From assembly GCA_963793855.1 (NCBI GenBank), contig CAWCBL010000004.1, positions 1,088,356 through 1,152,355 of the forward strand: DNA of 64,000 nt, read 5' to 3'. Of this stretch, positions 32,825 to 42,200 are shown piece after piece. The DNA is from an uncultured beta proteobacterium (GTDB taxonomy: Bacteria; Pseudomonadota; Gammaproteobacteria; Burkholderiales; Burkholderiaceae_C). The notes under the pieces were generated by a model. The model saw nothing but the letters and a program-made list of their open reading frames with translations, ran no database searches and had not been told where the DNA came from. The translations under genes were made by a program, and so were the position numbers. Within the stretch, counting starts at the first letter, position 1. Every line of letters starts with the position of its first letter.

Positions 32825-33332
32825 AAAAGGCCAAGTGACTGCACCCCATGCCTTGCTTCAGAGCGCAAAGGATCGTACCGGAGCCATTTCCGTCCGTGTT
32901 AGGGATGCCTTGAAAAGCATGGAGACGGATATCGAGCGTCATCAGGGTCTTTATCCCTACAACGCCGGTCGCCTTACACAGTCCGAAGTTTGCCGCCGGG
33001 CCGGCATCAGCAAACAAACTTTGCAAAATCAGACGCACAGGAACACAACGCGCCTTTTGATTGATGAATGGCTGGACACAGTCAGGCGCAGGACAATTAC
33101 GGGCAGTCACGTGGTTCGACGTGCCGTGACTGATCGTGTCGAAGCGTGGAAAAAGCTGCATTCGGACATTGCGCATGCCTACCTGATCGATAGTATGCAC
33201 TTGATCAACGCTCGCCGTCGGATTAACGAGCTTGAAATCCTGAATCGGCACCTCCAGGCGCAACTCGACAAGACCAGTGTCAAACGCATCGCGATCTTGC
33301 CCAACAAGAAAAATAGCACAGAACCGAGATAG
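32790..33332 (+). CDS. ginD: Small HTH/coiled-coil accessory protein (GinD-like)
   Basis: TQSEVCRRAGISKQTL HTH-like segment plus C-terminal coiled coil; overlaps gene 3. Confidence 0.65.
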   Translation: MSKMARACSVGKKGQVTAPHALLQSAKDRTGAISVRVRDALKSMETDIERHQGLYPYNAGRLTQSEVCRRAGISKQTLQNQTHRNTTRLLIDEWLDTVRRRTITGSHVVRRAVTDRVEAWKKLHSDIAHAYLIDSMHLINARRRINELEILNRHLQAQLDKTSVKRIAILPNKKNSTEPR

Positions 33333-33801
33333 ATTCCCCCGGTCCAAGCTTTTGTATGTAGGAAATGGAGAAGGTTGTTGCAGATGGCACACTAGAAAAA
33401 TATTGGCTTAGAGGCCGGGTAGGTATCGTATGCTTGCGCCACTAGCCTCGCCTCCCGGACCCGCCCGGTGTAGGCCGCTAACCGACCAACATAGTTGTCG
33501 TCAAGGTGCGGCCCGATCCATGACCACGATCTGCTATGGTGCCGACATGGTTTGTCGGGCAGGGCCGTGTGGCGCTTACGGCCATGTTGGCAGACAGCAC
33601 CAGACTGACTCCGGCTGTGGATCAATCAAAATGCGCACTCTAAACAGGTCACTCAGTGCCGCGGTTTTTGCCATGGATAGTAGCTATGATTTTGATAGCG
33701 GAAGAATTCGCCAATGAGTAAGGTCGGACATTGCGTCATCGATCCTGCAAAAGGCAGAAATTCTCGGAAGGATACTGGAACAAGGTTTTTACTTTATCCT
33801 T

Positions 33802-35013
33802 TTATTCTTCCATTGGAATCGACGCCGCCTCCGGGTAGAGATTCGGAAATAGCTGGTTCAGGGCGTCGCGCGGGAAGCTAATGCCGACATCACCCTTGGG
33901 CCCGTCACTGACCAGCAAGCCGTCCTTGAGGAGCCGTGACAGCACCTTCAGACCGATACTCACTTCCAATCCTGTCATCTGTACGAATTCACTGCGCGAG
34001 ATTGGTCCCTCTGTGAGCACATGGTGCAGCGGCAAGACCGCTTCCTGGCAGCAGCGTGGATGCTCGGTCCCCTCGCTTCGCACGAGAATGAGGTCGGCGA
34101 TGCGCTGCTTGAGCTGGGAAAGGTCAAGCATCTTCGCCATGAACGTGACTTGGTCCTCGCAAAGCTCGATGAAGAAGTGGCACCACGCCCGGAGCATTCG
34201 CTCGCTCAGATTGCCGCGTCCATCCAGGTCACCGTGGCGTGCCATATCGGCGTTGGCCAGCGCCACGTAGTACTTATCCCGGTGATGGGCCAGGCCCCGG
34301 TTGACGGACCACAGCCCGGCACTCAAGGGCAGCAGAGCGCCATGCGTCTGTAGCCGACAGGCCCGGCCGTTCCCATCCAGAAATGGGTGGATCCACAACA
34401 TCCGGTGGTGCTCCGCCGCGATGGCATACAGGACCGAGTCTGAATTCCAAGTGCGGCTGTATACGGCATCGGCTCGTTGGAGGAATCCGGGCAGCGACTG
34501 CCAGGCAGGCGGTTGATGTCGTCCAACCGTCACGTCTTCCTGACGCAAAAGGCCGGGCTCTATCACTTTTCCTTCCGGCGTGCGACGATCTTCAAGGGCC
34601 AGCCGCCCATAGAGGCCGGCATGCGCGCGCAGCAGAAAGACGCTGCTCAAGGGGTGGACTCCCCCCTCTGCCAGCGACTCAAGCTCCTTCTCGGCTTCCA
34701 TATGGGCAAGCGCAATTCGCTGACGCCGTGCAACGTCCGGCTTGTTCGAGAAATCGTTTTTCAGCGCCCGGCCAATGTCTTGAGGATGAGCGCTCTCGCC
34801 TTCGAGGTGGTTCGAGTAGTACGAATTCATCGAACGGACCACCTCGCGCAGGCGCTCTCGCGTATTGGGGTGAGTTGCCCTCTGGAGCCGGAACGACATT
34901 TCGGCCACCCCGCGCGTACGCAGCACGAACTCATTGAGCTCCGCTTGGGGAAGCAATGGATCGAACTGGTGAGGCTGGTCGTAGACCCTAAGGGGAGTAG
35001 ATGGTGCTGACAT
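33802..35013 (-). CDS. Fic family protein with C-terminal winged HTH
   Basis: Canonical HPFLDGNGRACR Fic motif. Confidence 0.9.
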   Translation of the reverse strand: MSAPSTPLRVYDQPHQFDPLLPQAELNEFVLRTRGVAEMSFRLQRATHPNTRERLREVVRSMNSYYSNHLEGESAHPQDIGRALKNDFSNKPDVARRQRIALAHMEAEKELESLAEGGVHPLSSVFLLRAHAGLYGRLALEDRRTPEGKVIEPGLLRQEDVTVGRHQPPAWQSLPGFLQRADAVYSRTWNSDSVLYAIAAEHHRMLWIHPFLDGNGRACRLQTHGALLPLSAGLWSVNRGLAHHRDKYYVALANADMARHGDLDGRGNLSERMLRAWCHFFIELCEDQVTFMAKMLDLSQLKQRIADLILVRSEGTEHPRCCQEAVLPLHHVLTEGPISRSEFVQMTGLEVSIGLKVLSRLLKDGLLVSDGPKGDVGISFPRDALNQLFPNLYPEAASIPMEE

Positions 35014-35015
35014 GA

Positions 35016-35312
35016 ATGTCGGTTTTGTTAGGCATGCGGGTCACATTCAGACTCCTGCAACCCGCATCATTCTCAAAGCTGATTCCCATTGTTAAAGCTG
35101 CACGTAAAGACCTCGATACCGAACTTAGCGCAGACGACATCGACGCCTTGGTAAATCTCTATCTTGACCATGCGCGATATGAAGAAGAGGTGTTCCTCCC
35201 TTTAGCAAAGTCTATTTTGGGGCGCAACGGCGATCACATGGCTGCATTGGGAATGTCACTTCACATGCGACACGCGACAAGTGTTGCCCGAAGACATTAC
35301 GGTGCAATTTAG
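35016..35312 (+). pseudogene. Probable 5'-truncated hemerythrin-like fragment
   Basis: HARYEEEVFLPLA (HxxxEE) in a short ORF starting 2 bp from the divergent Fic start. Confidence 0.45.
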
Positions 35313-35493
35313 CAGGCGAGGGCGGCAAACCATATCGTAGCCGTCGTTAGTAAACTGGTCATAGATATGATATTAAGCATGAGTGTTGTTGAAGTACGTT
35401 CTCTCAGCCTTTCGACGGTGGTGCAATCTTCTTAGAGTTTAGGTACAACTCGATTTCTTACATCGTTAATATTGAATTCGACACCTGCTTTTA

Positions 35494-36408
35494 ATGAATC
35501 AAGCTAATTTTTCTCGCCAGAGGACCGCAGAGATATTTTTGTGGGTCGTACCTTTTATATGGTCGTCTAACTACATCATTGCAAGGGTAGCTGGCGGCGT
35601 CATACCACCCAACTCGCTTGCATTTGGACGGTGGATGACTGCACTTCTGTTAATGCTGCCGTTTGTCTGGAAAGATAGGAAAACGTTGGTAGAAGCTGCC
35701 AAGAACGAATGGCATCAATGGGTTTTTCTCGGCGCTCTAGGTATATGGATCTGCGGTGCATTCGTCTATATTGGTGGGAAAACTACTACAGCTGGGAACA
35801 TTTCGTTGATCTATGCTGTTGCTCCAGTGGGAATCGCCGTGACCAGTAGTTTCGTCTTGAACGTGAAACTATCAAGCCGCCAGCGTCTGGGGTTGCTGAG
35901 CGCTCTGTTCGGGGTGCTATTCATCATTACAAAAGGCGATTTACTTTCTTTGCTTAAAGTCAGGTTTGTAGCTGGCGACCTTTGGATCATGGTGGCCACG
36001 GGCTCTTGGGTCGCCTATTCAATACTGCAACAAAGGTGGACCAGCCAGTTACGGCCTCTGCAAAGGCTTTTTTGCGTAACTGCAGCAGGACTCATGATCC
36101 TATTTCCATTCACTATTGCAGAGATTTGCACACTGTCTTTGTCCTGGATTTCCCCCTCAACGATTTCGCTCGTGTTGGCAGCTGGCATATTTCCAGGGTT
36201 GCTTTCCTATTTGGCTTACTCGTTTATGGTTGGGCAGTTGGGCGCCAGCCGAGCAGGTCTGGTCTTGTACTTGGGACCGGTCTATGCTGCATTTGTGGCA
36301 TGGTGGCTTCTTGGCGAGGTTCCGCAGTGGTTCCATTTTGTCGGCGCGTCACTCGTGCTCCCGAGTATCTACTTGGCGAGTTTAGAATCAAACGGATCTT
36401 CGGTTTAG
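35494..36408 (+). CDS. DMT/EamA family transporter
   Basis: About ten TM helices in two repeats; GDLWIMVATGSWVAYSI, LLGEVPQWFHFVG. Confidence 0.88.
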   Translation: MNQANFSRQRTAEIFLWVVPFIWSSNYIIARVAGGVIPPNSLAFGRWMTALLLMLPFVWKDRKTLVEAAKNEWHQWVFLGALGIWICGAFVYIGGKTTTAGNISLIYAVAPVGIAVTSSFVLNVKLSSRQRLGLLSALFGVLFIITKGDLLSLLKVRFVAGDLWIMVATGSWVAYSILQQRWTSQLRPLQRLFCVTAAGLMILFPFTIAEICTLSLSWISPSTISLVLAAGIFPGLLSYLAYSFMVGQLGASRAGLVLYLGPVYAAFVAWWLLGEVPQWFHFVGASLVLPSIYLASLESNGSSV

Positions 36409-37010
36409 TGGCGCTTGCGATGAAGGCTACGGGATTTAATCAGCATACTTTACCGGCAGCTGTCGAGTGCGCGCGCGCGGCATTTTCATTATCTGCATCA
36501 ACCTACGGGTGTGGACGCTGACCTGCCGTGTGTTCAAACGCGAGCGCAAACGTTCCTTACAAATGGCTGGTTTTGGGTAAGAACATTAATGAGGGGAGTT
36601 GGTCGGATGCGGGTGTAGTGGCCGTTGAATTCAGTGCCACATTGCTGACCTTGAGACGTGAGAGTTGAATTGCCGCTATGGGGCAAACAGTTTGGATGGT
36701 CCAATGACGGCAGTTAGTCGGGCCTGTGTGAAAACGCCGGCCGTAACGGCCTTTCCGAGCTTTTATCAAAAATCGACCTCATAGAACGGCCCATACTCGA
36801 CGGTCGTGTGTCCGGGAATGGTTGCGGAACCCTTGGTTTTTCGTAAGCGCTCAATTAACCTTTCAATTGCCCAAAAATTTCTGATACTGGAACCATGTTT
36901 GTCATCCAGTTGACTGTGCCGCCCGTTGTTGTGCGAACAACGAGATCAGGACGAGTGAGCATCAGGTGCAGGGAGACTTTGCGGCGAGCGGTGATATACA
37001 GAGCGAACAG

Positions 37011-37130
37011 ACATGGATAGACGACGAACTGTTGGGCTGCAAGTTCAAGGATGCCATCGAGAAACTCCAATGGTATGCCATGCGGTGGAAGATCGAGACC
37101 TTCCACAAGATTCTGAAGTACGGCTGCGTA
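37011..37130 (+). pseudogene. IS4-family transposase remnant with internal deletion
   Basis: WIDDELLGCKFKD fused in frame to AIEKLQWYAMRWKIETFHKILK (Y-R-E-K motif). Confidence 0.6.
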
Positions 37131-37276
37131 TTCCGGTCTAGTTGACCATCTGATAAGATTTGTTGTATATTTACTTGGCTCGTATCTTGTTGATTAATAT
37201 GAGTGTTTAATAAGTAAACATATTTTCGAATTTCAGCAAGGCGGTAATTGCGCCATGCATTCTTCAAATTAAGAAC

Positions 37277-37420
37277 TTATTCGTAAATAATTTTCACGTC
37301 CAGTTTGATTTTCCTGAACGCCATGATGGATGCCGCCATGTGGTTTAGCGCCAGGAAGCTGCGGTCAAGTTTCTCGTACCGCACCAGCAGCTTTCGGAAT
37401 CGGCTGAACATATAGTCCAA
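37277..37420 (-). pseudogene. IS5-family transposase C-terminal remnant
   Basis: RFRKLLVRYEKLDRSFLALNHMAASIMAFRK...IIYE matches recalled IS5-family C-termini. Confidence 0.6.
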
Positions 37421-37647
37421 CGGGCGGCTATATGACGATAATTTCGTCAAAGGTATCATTTACCATCGACCGGTTGACTACAAAACCAATATCGGACACT
37501 CACAACAGCTCATCGCAATGGAATGGTGACTGCCCCAGCACAAGCCCACATCAAGCACAGTCGGAGTGCCAAGGCGAACTCAAGCTGCACAGCCACAGGA
37601 GTCTCCAAAGGCCACTAGAAGGGCTAGCTGTTCTACGAATACGCAGC

Positions 37648-38526
37648 CTAGGCGACGCTCCCTTTAGTGCTTCGCACAAGGGCCTTGAAGTCGGTCTCAA
37701 GAATGATGCGAATCGGATTGCCTTCTACCACCAGTTGTTCAGCTTTCCGATGCTTTGTACTCTTTTTGTGTCCGGCCAGCTTTGACACATCTTGGTCACC
37801 GATCACGAGAATTGTGGTCTTCTTGGTCACGTTTTGACCAACTTCACATCCGATGCTAGCTGCCAAGTCTGCTGCCTCGGCTCGTGGCAATTCAAGCGCA
37901 CCAGTGAACACAATGACTTCCCCAAACAGGTCACCTTCGGGATTTCCGTCCCGATGAATAGCAGCCCCTGAGGACGCCCTCTCTGGATTGATGGGTAGAG
38001 TGACCCGCCGGGTCCAATCGTCAAGGTTCTTCTGCGACTCCTGAAACGCAGCGAGTAAGACGTAGCCAGCAGCCTTGGCGTCCTCAAGCGCATCATGGTG
38101 TTTGAATTCGTAGCCGATTCTTTTGCAGACGTTCGATAAGCCGTATCCTGACCATGCGAGTTCTTGCCACGTTCGCCTGACCACTCGGGCCGAATCGAGC
38201 CACGTGGTCGCGACGGGTTCCAGCTTGTACTTGGCGAAGGCACGAGCGATGGCGATTCGGTCAAAGTGGGTGTGGCAAACGGTCACGGTATTCGCCATCA
38301 AGCCTCGAAGCTTATCGGCGACCTCTCGCAGTGTTTGCTTACCCTGCACCATGTGAGGCTCTATGCCGTGAATGGAAACATTTACATTGTCAAAATAATC
38401 TTCGGGGTCAACAAGGGCAGACCACTCGTCAATGAGGAAGCCCCCGGAAAAGACGGCAATGCCAATCTGGCAAATTGAACCCATGTCAGGGTTAGCGGTC
38501 TCTACATCGATTGCAACAAAATTCAT
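37648..38526 (-). CDS. DEDDh (DnaQ-like) 3'-5' exonuclease with C-terminal BRCT domain
   Basis: IDVET (ExoI), HTHFD (ExoII), HHDALEDA (ExoIII); BRCT VIVFTGAL...VTKKTTILVIG. Confidence 0.88.
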   Translation of the reverse strand: MNFVAIDVETANPDMGSICQIGIAVFSGGFLIDEWSALVDPEDYFDNVNVSIHGIEPHMVQGKQTLREVADKLRGLMANTVTVCHTHFDRIAIARAFAKYKLEPVATTWLDSARVVRRTWQELAWSGYGLSNVCKRIGYEFKHHDALEDAKAAGYVLLAAFQESQKNLDDWTRRVTLPINPERASSGAAIHRDGNPEGDLFGEVIVFTGALELPRAEAADLAASIGCEVGQNVTKKTTILVIGDQDVSKLAGHKKSTKHRKAEQLVVEGNPIRIILETDFKALVRSTKGSVA

Positions 38527-38543
38527 ACTCGTGTGTCGCCGGT

Positions 38544-38939
38544 CTAGACTTCAGTGAACTTGGTCAAGTCAGTCGTGAAAACAACAGTCATCTTGGTGGC
38601 CGTGCAGGTCAGTTCAGGTTCATCTTCGATGTCAATGCTCAGGTCTTCACCTCGCAGGCCCTGCCACATTGCTAGATAGTTGAATGCCCCGTACTTCAGC
38701 TTCTTCTGAATTTCCTTCTCGACGCCACCCCTCCAAGGGAGAACGACAAGCTCACCGTTGAGTGCTCGTGAGGCCAGCGCCGGTTCTTCTATGCTTTTCT
38801 CACGGCCTCGTTCCCAACTGGTTATCAATCCTTGGGTGATATCCCCCCATCGTTCTTCCCAGTCTGGGTCCAGCCGCAACGGCTCAACAATCGAACGATG
38901 TATCTTCATCAACCGTGTCCACCCTGATGTTTTGGTCAT
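38544..38939 (-). CDS. Hypothetical protein, Trp-rich, 17 bp upstream of the exonuclease
   Basis: ORF 38544-39062 in track; natural composition from MTKTSG/MKIHRS onward; start uncertain. Confidence 0.6.
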   Translation of the reverse strand: MTKTSGWTRLMKIHRSIVEPLRLDPDWEERWGDITQGLITSWERGREKSIEEPALASRALNGELVVLPWRGGVEKEIQKKLKYGAFNYLAMWQGLRGEDLSIDIEDEPELTCTATKMTVVFTTDLTKFTEV

Positions 38940-39260
38940 CTGAATGTACCCGACCAATAGACGCGACCCCAGAAAAGCCGCCATGGGCACATTGCCGAAC
39001 GCCACGAATGGCTCCTGACCGGCCCCACAAATCATGCAATTGGGCTGACAGAAAGCTGGCACTGGCCACTGACTCTTTACGCTGCATAACGGAAGTCCGC
39101 TTCAGACTGGTTCCTGATATAGAGTTTGCCAAACTACCTTCTCCAGAGCCGACATTGACATCAACAGCCCGAACGTGGGCAATATGGTGGCCGGTGAAGA
39201 CTGTTTGCGTCTATTCGGGCTGGCCAGACGGCAAGGCAACATCTACAGAGATATGAGCGA

Positions 39261-42200
39261 CTATGGGCGAATCCAGTCTTCGAGCACGCCGGGACTGAAG
39301 TAGTACTTCTCCTTGATCCGTTCATGCTCCTTGAGAATATCGTCTCGACACTCTTTTAGTCGATAGACAGTGTCATCGGATTTCCAGCGACCGTTGCCGA
39401 ACCAGCGGATTAGCACATCGCAGGTTTCAAGCAGGCGCAGTGGGGTTTTGTCCAGCAACAGCAAGATTGTGCGGGTCGTAAGGGCTATCAGTTCGGTGGG
39501 AGCTGACTTTTTGAATGCTATTTCGATAGTCTCTATCATCGTGAAAAGAAGCTTGTCGATCTGCACCATCTTCTCCACATCGGCTAGATACGGAGGGGCA
39601 AACCACCTCGGAATTTCATTCAAGTCATCAACTATTTCAGGAATGCATTCATTAATCTGACCACTCCACTCAGCCGGAATTTTTTCTGTATCGAACCTGC
39701 GAAACAGAGTCCCCCACGTATCGCGCATGGGCTCCGAGTTGGCGTGGACAGTCAAGGCAAGCAAAATCCTAAAAACTCTGTCAAGGAGAGTCGCATCGAG
39801 CTTCGCAATCAGAGCGGGCAGGACTTCTTCCTTGCCAAAGCTGAAGAGTTCGGACCAAGCTATGTCGAATGTGGGTTGAAGCCCGTCCAGCGCGACTTGC
39901 TTTATCACATCAGCCCAAACGGGGCTTCTGGAGTGGTGGGTTCCAATCCACCAAAGCGGCTGCGGCTCCCCTGCGTGCACTCGTACTGCAGCACTCAAAA
40001 TTGCTTGTGGCAGGTGCGCCATGATCGAATCAGCCGAACTGAAATCCACATCATCTCCAACCACTCCCTGTGCCACCGCTAACGGAACGGTCCTCCTGGT
40101 GATTGACACGGCGCGCAGCCAAGCCACGTCAGTGCGCTCGCTGCGAATCAAATTGAGTACCGCTTCACGTTCATCGTCTCGGAGAGACGGCCAACCAGTG
40201 ACAAGATCGGCCACTACGCGCAAAGCCCCCGCAGTCCCATGGATGCCGAGCAACTTCTTCACGCGACCTGCCCGCAATTGCGGATCGTTTGAAGTCGCAT
40301 CAAGTAGCAGGGTTGTGAAGCCAGCCTGAAAATCTGAGAGCACATCTCCTTGACTGGCTCTCTCCAAAGCCCAGTCAATCACCGAATCGACGATATCGAG
40401 CGCAGCGCCAACGTGGACGTGTTTGATTGCAGTGTCAACGACGTGATACAGCCTTGCATCGTTAAAAGTGGTCGCACCAGGTAGTGATCTCATAACACCA
40501 GGAAACGCCGCAATGAAAAGATCCCAGGGGGTATGGTCTAAGGGCCCTGTATATTCCACGCGGCCAAATACTGTCAGCTCCGACAGCACCGCCGCCGCAC
40601 CTGCAGGAGTCGCGCAGATTGCCGCATGCTTCGCTGCGAGAAGGTCACGTCGGATCTGATTGAGTTCTTTCCAGCCAAGCAGGCTCCCTTGCAACGCCTG
40701 CTTGGCGACACTCGGGTGGTTATCAGCAAAAATGAGCTCCAGAATCTCAGTGTCATCTTCCCGCCCGACTGATAGCCATGCTTTGCACGCCGCTGCTCGC
40801 AAGACCGCTTCATCACAGCCGAGCAGGAATTTCATGTCGTCCTGCTGCATCAAGCTCGGGTTTCCTTCGAAATATTGAATCAGCTGCGATAGCGCCTGGG
40901 GCGGGGGCCGAATGCGACCTCCGCTGCGCACCGCTGCCAAGGTGTCCACGATCTCGGCTTTGTCGCGCCCGCGATACATCTCCCATAGGTCACTGGATTC
41001 CGTGACTCCATCAAACGCGAGGCACTCACCATCAACCCATATCACAGAACTGACCACGGCGTCGACCCGTGACACCCACGAGGGCAACTCGTTCTGTACC
41101 TTCTTGGGCAGACCGCTGAACCTCCGAATCAAAAATGCTAGGCAAAGGTCACGCGTTGCGATGAATCGGCAGCGTTTGATCGCATCCGATGCTGCCGAGA
41201 TGATGCTCTCTTGCTCCAGGCGACCTTGCAACTGCCGATAAAGCGCGTCTAGATTTCGCGCAGCTGCTTTTGACGCCTGTGGGCGTCCACAAAACAGAGC
41301 GCGGCGAAGCGCATTGATCAAGCGGGCGGCTGAAGCTGCAGTAGTTGGCCGCACGGCCTGCATACCCGCGGCACGATAGAAAGGGTGCGAAAAGGACACC
41401 CCGTCCAGCGCGACAGCGACAATTCGATGCGCCTCCAAGAACTCAAGACAGCGTTCATCTCTGTCGGTCAGGCTGGGAGCTGATTCATAGTTCAGGGCCG
41501 ACGCAAGACTAGCAGCAGCTTCCCGGCGGGTCATAATCGAAATCCTGCTCGACTGTTCTGCTGGTAGCCTTGAGCCACCGCTGCCAAGAATGAATGCAGC
41601 TGATTCAGTGTCAAGAGGTTCTGAGGCGGAGGTCCCGACGACCAGAGCCAGCAGGATATTCTCGTAGCCGTCATCACGCAGTCTTCGCGCAAGTGCCTCG
41701 GCATCTTCTCGGGCTAGACTCTCACAATCAAACAGCGTTGGCTTAGCTGGCAGGCGATGATGTTGCGCCGCCAAATGAGTCAGACACCCAGGTTCAAGAG
41801 TAAGTCTGCCGCTACGCAACGGCTCCGCGACTAAGTCCAGGATGGTTGATGGCACGGCCATCACTTCGCCTTGGCGCCGCCACACGGCTTCCAAGAATTC
41901 GGGCTTGAACTCGCTTAGATCAATCCAGTTTTTTCCGGCGATTGAAAGTCCAACGACTGTCGTTGTCCCAGTAACCTCGAGAAGGGTTTCTTGGCCTTGG
42001 GCAACGATCAGCGCTTGGTTCGGCCGCAGCCGCCGAATCAGTTTTTCAATCAGTGTGAGAGTGGCACCGGAAGCTGACGTATCGAAATTGAGCGGATCGT
42101 CTAGCAGCACAAGCCGAGGTCCTTCCCCCGGCTCTTGTAAAAACCGTTCGGCAGCCTGCGCGTCGAATACTTGCCGGACCTCATAGCCCAACTGCACAAA

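Noticed and set aside
27551-33332. RIT element or prophage integrase interpretation
   Set aside because: Recombinases 2 and 3 are 613-691 aa, a fourth small gene follows, no terminal IRs bound the trio, and no phage structural genes are present
38940-39062. N-terminal extension of the 172-aa ORF
   Set aside because: Reads like translated intergenic DNA; a downstream Met start is more plausible
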